Of a stretch of 64,000 nt of DNA, positions 42,492 to 55,595 are shown one piece after another. Made by a program: the position numbers and the translations under genes. The first letter of the stretch is position 1. Each line of letters begins with the position of its first letter. Under the pieces are notes generated by a model, which saw only the letters and a list, made by a program, of their open reading frames with translations, was not told where the DNA came from and searched no databases. The stretch lies in the NCBI RefSeq assembly GCF_009914755.1, contig NC_060947.1. The stretch is one strand, 5' to 3'. The stretch comes from the human T2T-CHM13v2.0 reference genome, Homo sapiens.

Positions 42492-45400
42492 GGAGGAAAG
42501 TGGAGCAAGATGGCTGAAGAGAAACCCTACTGATCATCCTCCCCACAGGAACACCAACTTGAACAACTATGCACACAAAAAAGCACCTTCATAAGAACCA
42601 AAAATCAGGTGAGTGATCACAGTACCTGGTTTTAACTTCCTATCACTGAAAGTCACTGAAGAGGGTAAGAAAGGCAGTCTTGAATTGCCAACGCCAACCC
42701 TCCCCCATACCCTGGCAGTAGCTGTGTGGCATGAAGAGAAAATCTGTGTACTGGGGGGAGGGAGAGCACAGTGATCGTGGGACTTTTCATTGGAACTCAG
42801 TGCTGCCCTGTCACAGTGGAAAGCAATCTGGGAAAAACTCATCCAGTGCTCATAGAGGGCATGTTTAGACAAGCCCTAGCCAGAGAGGAATTGCCCATCC
42901 CAGCAGTTGGAACCTGAGTTCTGGCAAGCCTTGCTGCTCCAGGTTAAAGTGCTCTGAGGTTCTAAATAAACTTGAAATGCAGTCTAAACCACAAGAGTTG
43001 CAATTTCTATACAAATGCTGGTGTTATGCTGGGCTCAGAGCCAGTGGACTTGTGGGGCACACCACCCAGTGAGACACCAACCGGGGTGGCCAGGGGAGTG
43101 CTTGAGCTACCCCTCCCCCAACCCCAGGCAGTGCGGCTCACAGCTCTGGGAGAGACTCCTTCCCTCCATTTGAAGAGAGGAGAGGAAAGAGTAGAGGGGA
43201 CTTATTCTTGCAACTTGGATACCAGATCAGCCACAGTAGGATAGGGCACCAGGCAGAGTCCCAAGACCCCCATTTCAGGCCCTGGCACCCTGAAGACATT
43301 TCTAGATGCACTGTGGGCCAGAAGGGAACCTGCTGCCTTGAAGGGAAGGGCTCAGTCCTGAAAGAATTAATTGTTTGCTGACTGAAGAGCCCTTGGGCCC
43401 TGAATAATCAGCAGCAGTGGCACCCAGGGAATACTCGCTGTGGACCTTGGGTGAGACTCAGAGATGTGTTGGCTTTAAGTGTGACCCAGCACATTTCTAG
43501 TTGTGGTGGCAATGGAGAGGGACTCCTTCTGCTTGAGAAAAGGAGATAGAAGAGTAAGGGGATTTTGTCTTGTAGCTTAGGTACCAGCTCAGCCACAGTG
43601 GGGTAGAGCAACAAGCAGCCTCCTGGGGCCCCTGATTCCAGGCCTTGGCTCTTGTATAGCATCTGAACCTGCCCTTGGCCAGAGGGGAGCCCACTGCTCT
43701 GAAAGTAGAGTCCCAGACCAGGCAGCAGTCAGCACAAGCTGACTGAAGAGCCCTTGTGCCTTGAATGAACATCAGCAGTAGCAGACAGTGTACAATCTGG
43801 GCCTGAGGTAACCGTGGCCATAGGGAGAAATTCCTCTATTTGTGGAAGGGAAGGGAAGAGTGGGAAGGATTTTGTCTTGTGGCTTGGGTGCCAGCTCAGA
43901 TACAGTAGAACAGAGCACCAGGTAGATTCCTAACGTTTCCAACCCCAGGCCCTGGCTCCTTGGTGGCATCTCTGGATCCAACTGAGACTGTGAGGAACTC
44001 ACCACCCTGAAGAGAAGGACACAAGCTTGGACAGCTTTTCCACCTGTTGATTATAGGGCCCTAGGGCCTTCAGTGAACATTGGCAATAGCCAGGCAGTGG
44101 TTACCATGGGCCTTGGGTGAGACCCAGTGCTGTGCTGGCTTCAGGACTCACCCAGCACAGTCCCACTGGTGGTGGCCACAGGGGTCCTTGTGTCACCCCT
44201 CCCCCAGCTCCAGGCAACTCATCATGGAGAGAGAGAGATTTGGGAGAAAGTAAGGGAAGAGAAAAAGTAAGGGAAGACAACGAGAATCTCTCCATGGTGA
44301 AACAGAGAATCCTTCCAGATCTTATTCAAGACCACCAAGGCAGTATCTCTACCAGTCTGCAAGAGCCACAGCGTTACTGGACTTGGGATGCCCCCTAATG
44401 CAGATATGGCTACAGCAACCAGTAAGTTAGATCACAACACCTAAGTCCCTTCGAATACCTGGAAAACCTTCCCAAGAAGGATGGGTAAAAGCAAGTCCCG
44501 ACTGCAAAGACTAAAATAAATATCTCACTCTTCAATGCTGAGACACCAATGAACATACACAAGCATCAAGACCATCCGGGAAACATGACCGAAAAAATAA
44601 ACTATATAAGGGACCAGGGATCAATCATAGAGAGACAGATATGTGACTTTTCAGACAAAGAATTCAAAATAGCTGGTTTGAAGAAACTCAACAATATTCA
44701 AGATAACACAGAGAAGGAATTCAGAATCCTATGAAATAAATTTAACAAAGAGATTGACATAATTAAAAAGACTCAAACAGATATCACAGAGTTGAAAAAT
44801 GCAATTGACATAGATACTGCAGAGTTGAAAAATGTAATTGATATACTGAAGAATGCATCAGAATCTCTTAACAGTGGAATTGATCAAGCAGAGGAAAGAA
44901 TTAATGACCTTGAAGACAAGCTATTTGAAAATATACACTCGGAGAAGAAAAAACAAAAAAAGAATAAAAAAGAATGAAGCACATCTACAAGATCTAGAAA
45001 ATAGACTTGAAAGGGCAAATATAAGAGTTATTGGTCTTAAAGGGGAGGTAGGTAGAAAGGAAGACCAGGGTAGAAAGTTTATTTGAAGGGATAATAACAG
45101 AGAACTTTCCAAACCTAGAGAGAGATATTAATATTCAAGTTCAAGAAGGTTTTAGAATACCAAGCAGATTTAACCAAAAGAATACTACCTCAAGACATTT
45201 AATAACTAAACTCCTAAAGGTCAAAAATAAAGGATTCTAAGAAAGCAAGAGAAAAGAAACAAATGACACACAATGGAGCTCCAAAACGTCTGGCAGCAAA
45301 CTTCTCAATAAATACTTTACAGGCCAGGAGAGAGTGACATGGCATATTTGAAATTCTGAAGGGAAACAAACAAACAAACAAGCAAAAAACTTTTATCCTA

Positions 45401-48400
45401 GAATCCAGTGAAAATACCCTTCAAACATGAAGGAGGAAGAGAGACTTTCTCAGACAAACAAAAGCTGAGGAATTTCATCAACACCAGAACTATACTACAA
45501 GAAATGCTAAAGGTAGTTCTTGAATGTGAAAGAATAGGACATTAAGGAGAGATAAGAAATCATCTGAAGGCAGAAAACTCACTGGTAATAGTAAATACAA
45601 AGAAAAATAGAGTATATTATAACACTATAATTGTGGTATATAAACTCGTATTTTGAGTAGAAAGACTAAATGATGAACTAATAAAAATAATAACTACAAC
45701 TTTTCAAGACATAGACAGTACAATAAAATACAAATCGAAACAACAAAAGTTTAAAAGCAGGGGCATAAAATTAAAGTGTAGAGTTTTCGTCAGTTTTCTC
45801 TATTACTTTGGTTGTTTACAAAATCAGTCTTCTGTTGTCATCAGTTCAAAATAATGGGTTATAAGATATTATTTGCAAGCCTCATGGTAACCTCAAATAA
45901 AAAAAAATACAACAGATACACAAAAACTAAAAATCAGGAAAGTAAAACATACCACCAGAGAAAATCATCTTCACTACAAGAAAGATAGGAAGGAAGCAAA
46001 GAAGGAAGAGAATACCACAAAACAGCCAGAAAGCAAATAACAAAATGGCAGGAATAAGTCCTTACTCATCAGTAATAACACTGAATATCCATGGACTAAA
46101 CTCTCCAATCAAAATACATAGAGTACCTAAATGAATTTTTTTAAAAAAAGACCCGAAGATATGTTGCCTACAAGAAATACAATCCATCTGTAAAGACACA
46201 CATAGAAAATAAAGGGATGGAAGAAGACAGCTCATGCAAATGGAAACCAAAAAGAGAGCAGGAGTAGCTCTACTTAGACAAAATATATTTCAACAGAAAA
46301 ACTATACAAAGAGACAAAGAAGGACATTATATAATGATAAAGGGGTCAATTCAGCAAGAGGATATAGTAATTGTAAACATATATACATCCAACACTGGAG
46401 CACCCAAATATATAAAACAAATATTAGAGCTAAAGAGAGAGATAGACCCCAATACAATAATAGCTGGAGACTTCAGTACCCTATTTTCAGGATTGGAAAG
46501 GTCATCCAGACAGAAAATTAACAAGGGAATATCTGACTTAATCTACATTAAAGACCAAATTGACCTAATAGATATTTACAGAACATTTCATCCAATGGCT
46601 GCAGAATACACATTCTTTTCCTCAGCACATGGATCATTGACAAAGGAAGACCATATGTTATACCACAAAACAAGTCTCAAAACCTTCAAAAAATTGAAAT
46701 AATATCAAGCATCTTCTGTGATCACAATGGAATAAAACTAGAAATCAAAAACGAGAAATTTTGGAGATGATACAAGCACATGGAAATTTTAAAAATATGC
46801 TCCTGAATGATCAGTGGTTCGATGAAGAAATTAAGAGAGACATTGAAAAATTTCTTGAAATGAATGACAACAGAAACATGATATACCAAAACCTATGAAA
46901 TACAGCCAAAGCGGTACTTAGAGGGAAGCTTATAGCTATAAGTGCCTACATCAAAAAAGAAGAAAAACCTCAAATAAGAAACCTAACAGTACATCTTAAA
47001 GAACTAGAAAAACAAGCAAAACAAAACAAAAAAAAATTGGTAGAAAAGAAATAATAAAAATCAGAGCAGAAATAAACGAAATTGAAACAAAAAACTATAA
47101 AAAGATCAACGAAAAAGTTGTTTTTTGAAAAGATAAAAAAGTTGGCAAATCTTTATCCAGATTAACTAACAAGAAAAAGACCCAAATAAATAAAACCAGA
47201 GGTGAAAAAGGAGACATTACAACCAATACAGTATAAATGCAAATAATTATTAGAAGCTACCATGAGCTTCTAATAATAGAATAAATTGGAAAAGCTAAAA
47301 GAAATGCATAAATTGCTAGACACATACAACCTACCAAGATTGAACCATGAAGAACTCCAAAACCTGAACAGACCAATAACAAGTAACAAGAGCCATGATA
47401 AAAAATCTTGCAGTAAAGAAAAGCCTGGGACCTGATGACATCACTGCTGAATTCTACCAAACATTTAAAGAGGAACTAATACCAATCCTACTCAAACTAT
47501 TCTGAAAAACAGAGTAGTAGGGGATACTCCGAATCCATTCTATAAAGCCAGTATTACCCTGATATCAAAGCCAGACAAAGGCACATCAGAAACAGGAAAC
47601 TACAGGCCAATATCCCTGATGAATATTGATGTGAAAATTCTCAACAAAATACTAGCAAACTCAGTTCAACAACACTTTTAAAAAATCATTCATCATGACC
47701 AAGTGGGATTTATCCCTGGGATACAAGGATTATTCAGCATATGCAAATCAATTAATGTGATGCATCACATCAACAGAATAAAGGACAAAAATTATAGGAT
47801 CATTTCAATTTGATGCTGAAAAAGCATTTGATAAAATGCAACATCCCTTCATAATAATAAAAAAAACTCCCAAAAAACGCAGTGTAGAAGGAAAATACAT
47901 CAACACAATAAAAGCCATATATGACAGTTCCAGAGCTAATATCATACTGAGTGGGGAAACACTGAAAGCCTTTCCCGTAAGATCTGGAACACAACAAGTA
48001 TGCCCACTTTTACCACTGTTATTCAAGATAGTACTGAAAGTCCTAGCTAGAGCAATCAGAAAAGAACAAAATAAAGGACATCCAAATTGGAAGCCAAGAA
48101 GTCAAATTATCCTTGTTTGCAGATGATATGACCTTATATCTGGAAAAACCTAAAGACTCCACACAAAAAAAATATCAGGACTGATAAATTCAGTAAAGTT
48201 GCAGGATACACAATCAACATACAAAAATCAGTGGCATTTCTATATGACAACAATGAACAATCTGAAAAAAAATCAAGAAAATACCCCATTTACCTAGCTA
48301 CAAATAAAATAAAATACCTAGGAATTAACCAAATAAGTGAAAGATTGCTCTAATGAAAACTGTAAAACATTGATGAAAAAAATTGAAGAGAACACACGCA

Positions 48401-50222
48401 CACAAATGGAAAGATATCCCGTGTTCTTAGATTGGAAGAATCAATATTGTTAAAATGTCCCTAATGCCCAAAGCAATCTACAGATTTAATGCAATCTCTA
48501 TCAGAATACCAGTGACATCCTTCACAGAAATAGCGAAAAACAATCCAAGTTTATATGGAACCAGAAAAGATCCAGAATATTCAAAGCTATTTAAGCAAAA
48601 AGAACAAAACTGAAGGAATCATGTTACCTTACTTCACATTATACTACACAGCTATAGTAACCAAAACAGCATGATATTGGCATTACAACAGACATAGACA
48701 GACCAATAGAACAGAATAGAGAACCCAGAAACAAATCCATACATCTATAGTGAACCTGTTTTCAATAAAGTTGCCAAGAACATACACTGGGGAAAGGACA
48801 GTCTCTTCAGTAAATGGTGCTGGGAAAACTCCATATCCATATGCAGAAGAATGAAATTAGACCCTATCTCTTGCCATATATAAAAATCAAACCAAGATTG
48901 ATTAAATATTTAAATCTAAGTCCTCAGAATATAACACTACTATAAAAAAAAAAAAAAACATTGGGGAAACTATCCCACTCATTGAACTGGGCAAAGATTT
49001 CTTGAGTAATACCCCACAAGCACAGGCAACCAAAGCAAAAATGGACAAATGAGATCATATCAAGTTAAAAAGCTTCTAGACAGTGAAAGAAATAATCAAC
49101 AAAGTGAAGGGAAAACCCACAGAATGGGAGAAAATATTTGCAAACTACCCATCTGACAAGAGATTAAGTAACCAGAATATATGAGGAGCTCAAACAGCTC
49201 TGTAGGAAAATATCTAATGATCCAATTAAAAAATGGGCAAAAGATTTGAATTGACATTTCTCAAAAGAAGACATACAAATGGCAAACAGGTATATGGAAA
49301 GGTGCTCAACATCACTGATATTCAGAGAAATGTAACTCAAAACCACAATGAGATATTTCATCCCAGTTAAAACTGCTTTTTTCCAAAAGACAAACAATAA
49401 CAAATGCTGATGAGAATGTGGAGAAAAGGGAACCCTTAAGCACTGCTGGTAGGAATGTTAAATTAGTATAACCACTATGGAGAACAGTTTTAAGGTTCCG
49501 CAAAAAACTAGTAACAGAGCTACCATGTGATTCAGGAATCCCATTGCTAGGTATATACCCCAAAAAGAAATCAGTATATCAAAGAGATACCTGCACTCTC
49601 ATGTTTATTGCAGCACTAGTCACTATAGCCAAGACTTGGAAGCAACCTAAGTGTCCATCAAAAGATGAATGCCTGAAGAAAATGTGGTACATATATACAA
49701 TGGAGTACTACTATTCAGCCATAAAGAATGAGATCCTTTCATTTGCAGCAACATGAATAGAACTGGAGGTCATTACGCTAATAAGCCAAGCACACAAAGA
49801 CAAACATCACATGTTCTCCCTTATTTGCAGGATCTAAAAATCAAAGCAATTGAAATCATGGACATAGAGAGTAGAAGGATGATTACCAGAGGCTGGAAAT
49901 GTTAGCAGAGTGGGTTGTGGAGATGTGGGAATGGTTAATAGGTAGAAGAATATAATTAGATAGAATGAATAAGATTTAATACTTGACAGAACAACAGAGT
50001 GACTCCAGCCAACAATAGTTTATTGTACATTTAAAAATAACTAAAAGAGTATAATTCGATTGTTGGTAACACAAAGAAAGGATAAGTGCTTGAGGTGATG
50101 AAAACCCCATTTACCCTAATGTGATTTTTACACATGGTGTGCCTGTATCAAAATATCTCATATAGCCCACAAATATATACATCTATTATGTACCCACTAA
50201 AATAAAGTTAAAAATTTTTTTT
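42492..50222 (+). mobile_element. Full-length, uninterrupted ancient L1 (L1MA2/3-like), all ORFs decayed
   Basis: 5' end gagcaagatggctgaa (YY1 motif), a ~2-kb 5'UTR, ORF1 remnants (DFSDKEFKIA, LQDLENRLERANIRVIG), ORF2 remnants and an L1MA 3'UTR. Short TSD-like atctactc (42483-42490 / 50227-50234). Confidence 0.92.
44779..44844. repeat. 33-bp tandem duplication in L1MA ORF1
   Basis: agatatcacagagttgaaaaatgcaattgacat / agatactgcagagttgaaaaatgtaattgatat, 5 mismatches. Confidence 0.9.
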
Positions 50223-51381
50223 AAAAATCTACTCCTACAACATAACCTGAATCTATCCACTTTTTTTTTTTCCATTTCCAGTACAGACACCCTTCACAGA
50301 TACTACCATAGAACAAGTCACCATGTTTTGTCCTCTGTTCTATTATAACAACCTCCCAGCTGGACTTACTCCTTCCATTCCTGCTCCTGATACAACTATC
50401 AGATTGCTTTTTGTAAAAAACATAAATCATATTGTATTCATCTCCAGCTGAACCCCTTCTATGATTTTCCAATGTATTTAAAATAAAATCCCAATTGTTT
50501 GTTCATAATATTTATGACCCAACAAGAACTGGTTCTAGCTCACCAAACTCTAGTCACACAAAACCTTCTAGCCATACAAACCCTTCGATCTTTGATCATC
50601 CTAAATTTGTTCCAAAGTTTGGACTTTTGCATTTGTTATTCCCTCTCCCTAGAACTCTCAGCTCTAGAGTTTCAAATGGATGGTTCTTTCTCATCACTCA
50701 GGCCTCAAAACAAATTTCACCTTCTCAGCACTGCTTTGTCTTACATGCAATATAAAGTAGCCAACCCTCACCCCTTGCCTGCTTCAGTCACCATCACATT
50801 ACTGTTTTATTTTCTTCATCTCTGTTGTAATTTATTTTGTTTATTTACTTATTGACTTATTTTTTGCCTGTTTCTCTTTTCTAGAATGTAACCTCTAGAA
50901 AGACAGGAGCTGAATCATGTCCCCCACAATATGTTCAGTGCCTAGAAAAGTGCTTGGTACATAGTAGTCATTCACTATTATTTTTTGAATGAATATCAAA
51001 GATTTCTATTGTTAAATAATTACACTCCCCATGAACTGGGTAGACCCAGTCTCATAAGATTACCAGTTGAAAATTTTAATGTACCATTATTTAATAGGTC
51101 ACTATTTAAATTGCTCCATAAACTCTTCTTTACCTTTACATTTCTGTTTTTGCCCTTTTACAAGGATGAAGCTACTCTGATTTTGAGGGACCTAGCAAAA
51201 GATTACAATATCATAATAACTTACCAGATCTAATCTGAAAAGCAATGTACTTTTTAGTGTGCAAAATTATTTGGATGAAATCATGTTCAAGGTTTAAATG
51301 CCTCTATTTACCACTAACATATTATAAAATATTTACTTAGCTCTCTTTAGAAAAAAGCAAGATCTCTCTGTCTCTCTTTCT

Positions 51382-51429
51382 ACACAGACACACACACACA
51401 CAGACACACACACACACATACACACACAC
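51382..51429. repeat. Imperfect (CA)n microsatellite
   Basis: acacagacacacacacacacagacacacacacacacatacacacacac. Confidence 0.9.
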
Positions 51430-53000
51430 GCTTTCAAAATAGCTATTTTTTAAGGTCATGTACACTCCAGAAAATAGCTTTATTTGATGGTAATAGCCAC
51501 TTATTAGAAAAAGATCTGTTTGTTTCTAAAGGATTACTTTTTGTCTTCCAGAAAAATGTCAATAACCATTGGAGTATAGAGAAATCTTTACTTTCTTGAT
51601 TTTTTTCACTGCACTATTTGATGTCATTTGCTGGGGAGGTTGAGATAACTGTTGGTGAAAGTACACATTTCTAAAAGAACCTGCTGAGGCTATGTGGAAA
51701 GATTCGTAATGGCTAAGAATTGCAGGCTGCTCAGTTAATTGATTTTTTCTATCTAGAGAATAGCCATTCCTTTATTTTCACTGTAGTTGGTGTATAATAG
51801 ACTGATCTCAAGGTGCACAATTGAACTCTCTCCAGTTGTGAGAACATGTGCTTTTAACTGGAATGCTTGGTACCAATTTAATAAAGAAAATTATATGGGC
51901 TGACATTAACCCTTCCTATTTGTTCATGTCGGCATGTTATTATTCTCATGGCTTAGAGTTGACCCAGAAGACAAATAAGAAAAGGGCAATAAATAAGTGT
52001 ATTTATGTCAAGTACCACATGCCTTTTTTCTCATTATATGTGGATTCTTTTTTCTTCTTAGGACTGGAAATAGAGCTATTTTTGGTCCTATTTCTAAGGG
52101 GTGTGGATAATATTCTTCTCTCAAAACTAATCATAATCATTATATACGCCATGCACTTTTATGAAACTGTGAATCTTTACAAACATTAATTCTCAGAGCT
52201 CCACTATTAAGCAACATAGGTTGACTCCACAAATCAGATATTCTCTTTCCTTGTTGCCAGGATACTACATAGAGTTTCCAGAGCTGGAGTCTAAGACAGC
52301 TGTCCTTTTTTATCACAGCTTCCTTAAAGGGTAGTTAACAGGCAGTTTATGGAGAAAACATCTCATTTATTTCTGGGATAGTTGAACTCTGTTGGCAGTT
52401 CTGAACTAAAATTCCACTGCAACAGTATAATATGCTAATTACAATCAATGCATTAGTTATAAGTAAAGCAAGTTTGGCCTAGCTATTTCATCCCTGGGAT
52501 TCTCAGTTCAAGTAGACTTTTCAGATGAGAAGTCCAACTTAAATGAGAATGAAGAATTTCCAAGTCTCCTGGCTTGTATGGTCAGGAGATTAAGATTAGT
52601 GATTGGCATTTTATTCATGAAATGTGTCAATAATTCATTTTTTGTGTCTTTTCAAAACACTTGTTTAGGTGTTGAAGGAAGAGAAAAGGAATGCATATTT
52701 TGCAGGAAGTACAATTTTTTGGAATTCTAATAAAACAAAGATTTCTCTGTATATTAAATAACTCTTCTCTGCTATAAAGTAAAAGGACAATAGGGGAGGC
52801 AAAAATTTATCTGCATTCATGGAACATATTAAAATACCCATTGAAATTCCTGGTGGCTGGTCTTCCCTTCAAAAATACATACTTCAACTTATTTTCTATT
52901 TATTTTTTAGGGAAGCCCGCATTTTAATTAAAATCATAAACCTGAAATGTGATTATCAACTGAAAGAAGGAAAAATCACCTACTCTTCAGATACTAAACA

Positions 53001-53380
53001 TATCAGTTAGCCTTTGCTGTATAGCAAACTACCCCAAAGCTTGGTGATTTCAGACAACAACAATTTAATGAGCAAGCAATTCAGGGGATTGGCACCTTAG
53101 ATTATGTTCATCTGAGCAATTATTCTGGCCTCTGCTGGGGTCATTCATGCATTTGTGATCAGCTGCTGGGTTGCCTGGTGGATGGCTTTTTTCAGATGAC
53201 CTCATATTAGACAGCTCATTCCTCCTCTGTGTGGGCTCTTATACTGCAACAGGCTGCTAAGGAATGATCCAAGAAGTTAAGCACAAGCACACAAGTCCTC
53301 TTGACGTCTAGCCTTGTAACTAACATAACATCACTTTAGTGGCATTCTATTGGTCAAAGCAAATCCCAAGACCAGGGGGT
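53001..53380 (-). mobile_element. Old MLT1 LTR (H/I/J-like)
   Basis: atcagttagcctttgctgtatagcaaactaccccaaa...catcacttt...cattctattggtcaaagcaaatc. Confidence 0.7.
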
Positions 53381-53389
53381 GAGACCTGG

Positions 53390-53825
53390 TGTATTACTTC
53401 GTTCTCTCATTGCTATAAAGAACTACCTTATACTGAGTAATTTATAAAGAAAAGAAGTTTTCATCAGTGTGCTATGACTATTTTAAAAAAAAAGAAAGAA
53501 AGAAAGAGGTTTAGTTGGCTCACAGTTCCACAGTCTATACAGGAATCAAAGCAGGGGAAGCCTCAGGAAACTTTCAATCATGGAAGAAGGTGAAGGGGAA
53601 GCAGGAACATCCTACATGGTTGGAGCAGAAGAAAGAGAGAGAAGGGGGAGGTGCTACACACTTTTAAACAGCTAGATCTCATGAGAACTCAATCATTATC
53701 AAGAGAACAGCAAGGGGGAAATCTGCCCCCATGATCCAGTCACCTCCCACCAGGCCCCTTCTCCAACACTGAGGATTACAATTCAACATGAGATTTGGGT
53801 GGGGTCACAAATCCAAATTATATCA
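53390..53825 (-). mobile_element. MSTA-like solo LTR
   Basis: tgtatt...ttgctataaagaactacc...cctcaggaaact...cacctcccaccaggcccc...gagatttgggtgggg...tatatca; 5-bp TSD cctgg / cccgg. Confidence 0.9.
53461..53498 (+). mobile_element. Tiny A-tailed retro-insertion inside MSTA
   Basis: 24 nt (tcatcagtgtgctatgactatttt) plus an A-rich tail, between aaagaaaagaagttt (53446-53460) and aaagaaagaggttt (53499-53512). Confidence 0.65.
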
Positions 53826-54172
53826 CCCGGTAAATCACAAAAAAAGAAGATTCAGAGATGCTAAAGCAGATACCTTGCCCCAAGAATAGGTCTCAATTAT
53901 TGGAGGTCAGATCCTAACGTCCTTCAGGTGTGAACATGTACAAATAACTCTCCCTGCTGTCATCTCATGCTCAAAATGCAACCTTCTGATTTAATTTGGT
54001 TTTTCATGTTGTATGCTGAGAATTTCCTGGTCAATGGATTCAAGTAGAATTTATATTTTTTATTACAAATGGGTAAATTGGCACTTAGCTCTACTTACCT
54101 CATTTCTGACCATCTTTTTTGCTTTCTTTCCCTCCCATTAGATAAAGTAGCTTCTTTCTTTCTCTGAACTCT

Positions 54173-54530
54173 GTGTTCTACGGTACCCAGATATTGGACG
54201 TATAGATCTGTTTCAGCACAGGCTCCATATAATCTTCCTCTTCCTTTTCCTTTGGAGGCAAGGGCTGGGCTGCAGCATGGCCAACATCATGTTTACCCCA
54301 AAAGGAGCCACAGTGGTTCTAAAGGTCTAGGTCTGATTACCTGGACCCACAGAGGCTCTGCCTTTTCCAGTGACTGTTTAGCGGGGTCAGATGGGGTGTT
54401 AGTGCCCCATGGGGTGGATTTTGATCAAGGAGACTGAAGGAAGAAAGGAACTGGTCGATAAATTGCTTTTCCTTCCTCTCTTTCCAATACAACCAGATGG
54501 TTCAGAGAAGCAATGATTCCACATATCCTT
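54173..54530 (+). mobile_element. LTR16-like ERVL LTR fragment
   Basis: ggggtgttagtgccccatggggtggattttgatcaa...gataaattgcttttccttcctctc. Confidence 0.5.
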
Positions 54531-55595
54531 TCATGCATTCATAGTCTTGTAACTTTTCATGCATTTGTTAACTACTAAGTAAACGTGGAATTAGGGAATT
54601 TGTTTGTTTTGAGTTTTGACCAACAAATAAATAATGGCCTTATTTCAGAATAATCCTGACAAACTGGGGCATGTTTTGCTGAGGCATAACTCTTCCTGTC
54701 CCATGCTTTGAGACAGATTGGTGGAGTCACTTAGCTAGAGAATGACAGCACACTGCCTACAGCAAAGCCAGTTTGGATAAATTATGCTATGGGTGGGATT
54801 TTTAAAATACTTATAAAAGAAGATTTGTATTTTTTGTTTGTTTGTTTTTGTTTTGCTTTATTTTGTTTTGTTTTTATTGATACACAGTGAGGACAGAAAC
54901 TCTGTTTGAAATTATAATGGCCTGTAAATATATATATGTAAACCTAGGGGTGAACTGCCTGTGCTATCATCCCTTTTACAACTATACAATCTAAATTAAA
55001 AGTTGAATTTATCACATCACACAACTAATAAAATTTAAATAAACCATATTAATTTTATATAGAAAATAAGTTTTTGCTGAAGCTATACTAGTGCTCACCA
55101 TTGATATTACGTATACAAATATGATAGTGTACCATATGATGATTTGATTATCTCACTGTTTTCTCTGTTTAAATAATTTTAAGACCTTTTATCATATATT
55201 AATTCTGCCTCTGTATTTTTCCATTAACCCAAAATAATTGAAGTAGAACATTCCTACAAAACATAGTAGTTTTCAGGATAGGACATCCAACTCTTATGTA
55301 AGTAATTTAAGTCAAAATTCAATAATGTCATAGTTCAGTGCTTTTTAAAAGCAAAAGTCTAGGTTTTTTTTCCCTCATAACTGTTTAAGGAAGTCAATGT
55401 TTGCCCAATAGCAGGTGCTAAAAGTTTTCATTTGTGGCATTAGAGGGGGCTAACAAGAGCAAAGCAATGTGCTTACCAGCATATTAAAATGTAAATGCTG
55501 GTGCTTCATGATCCTTTTGTGCAACGTGGTCACCTAAACACAAGGGTAAACATGCACATTAAAATAAAGTAATGCTCAATCATAAGATGGTCATC

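Larger units (their letters stand above)
42270..50995 (+). mobile_element. L2 element split by the L1MA2 (pieces ~42270-42490 and ~50227-50995)
   Basis: atctcaaattcaaca...gagtcatccttgacactcc on the left continues as ctgaatctatccact...cagtgcctagaaaagtgcttggtacatagtag...ttgaatgaat on the right. Confidence 0.75.
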
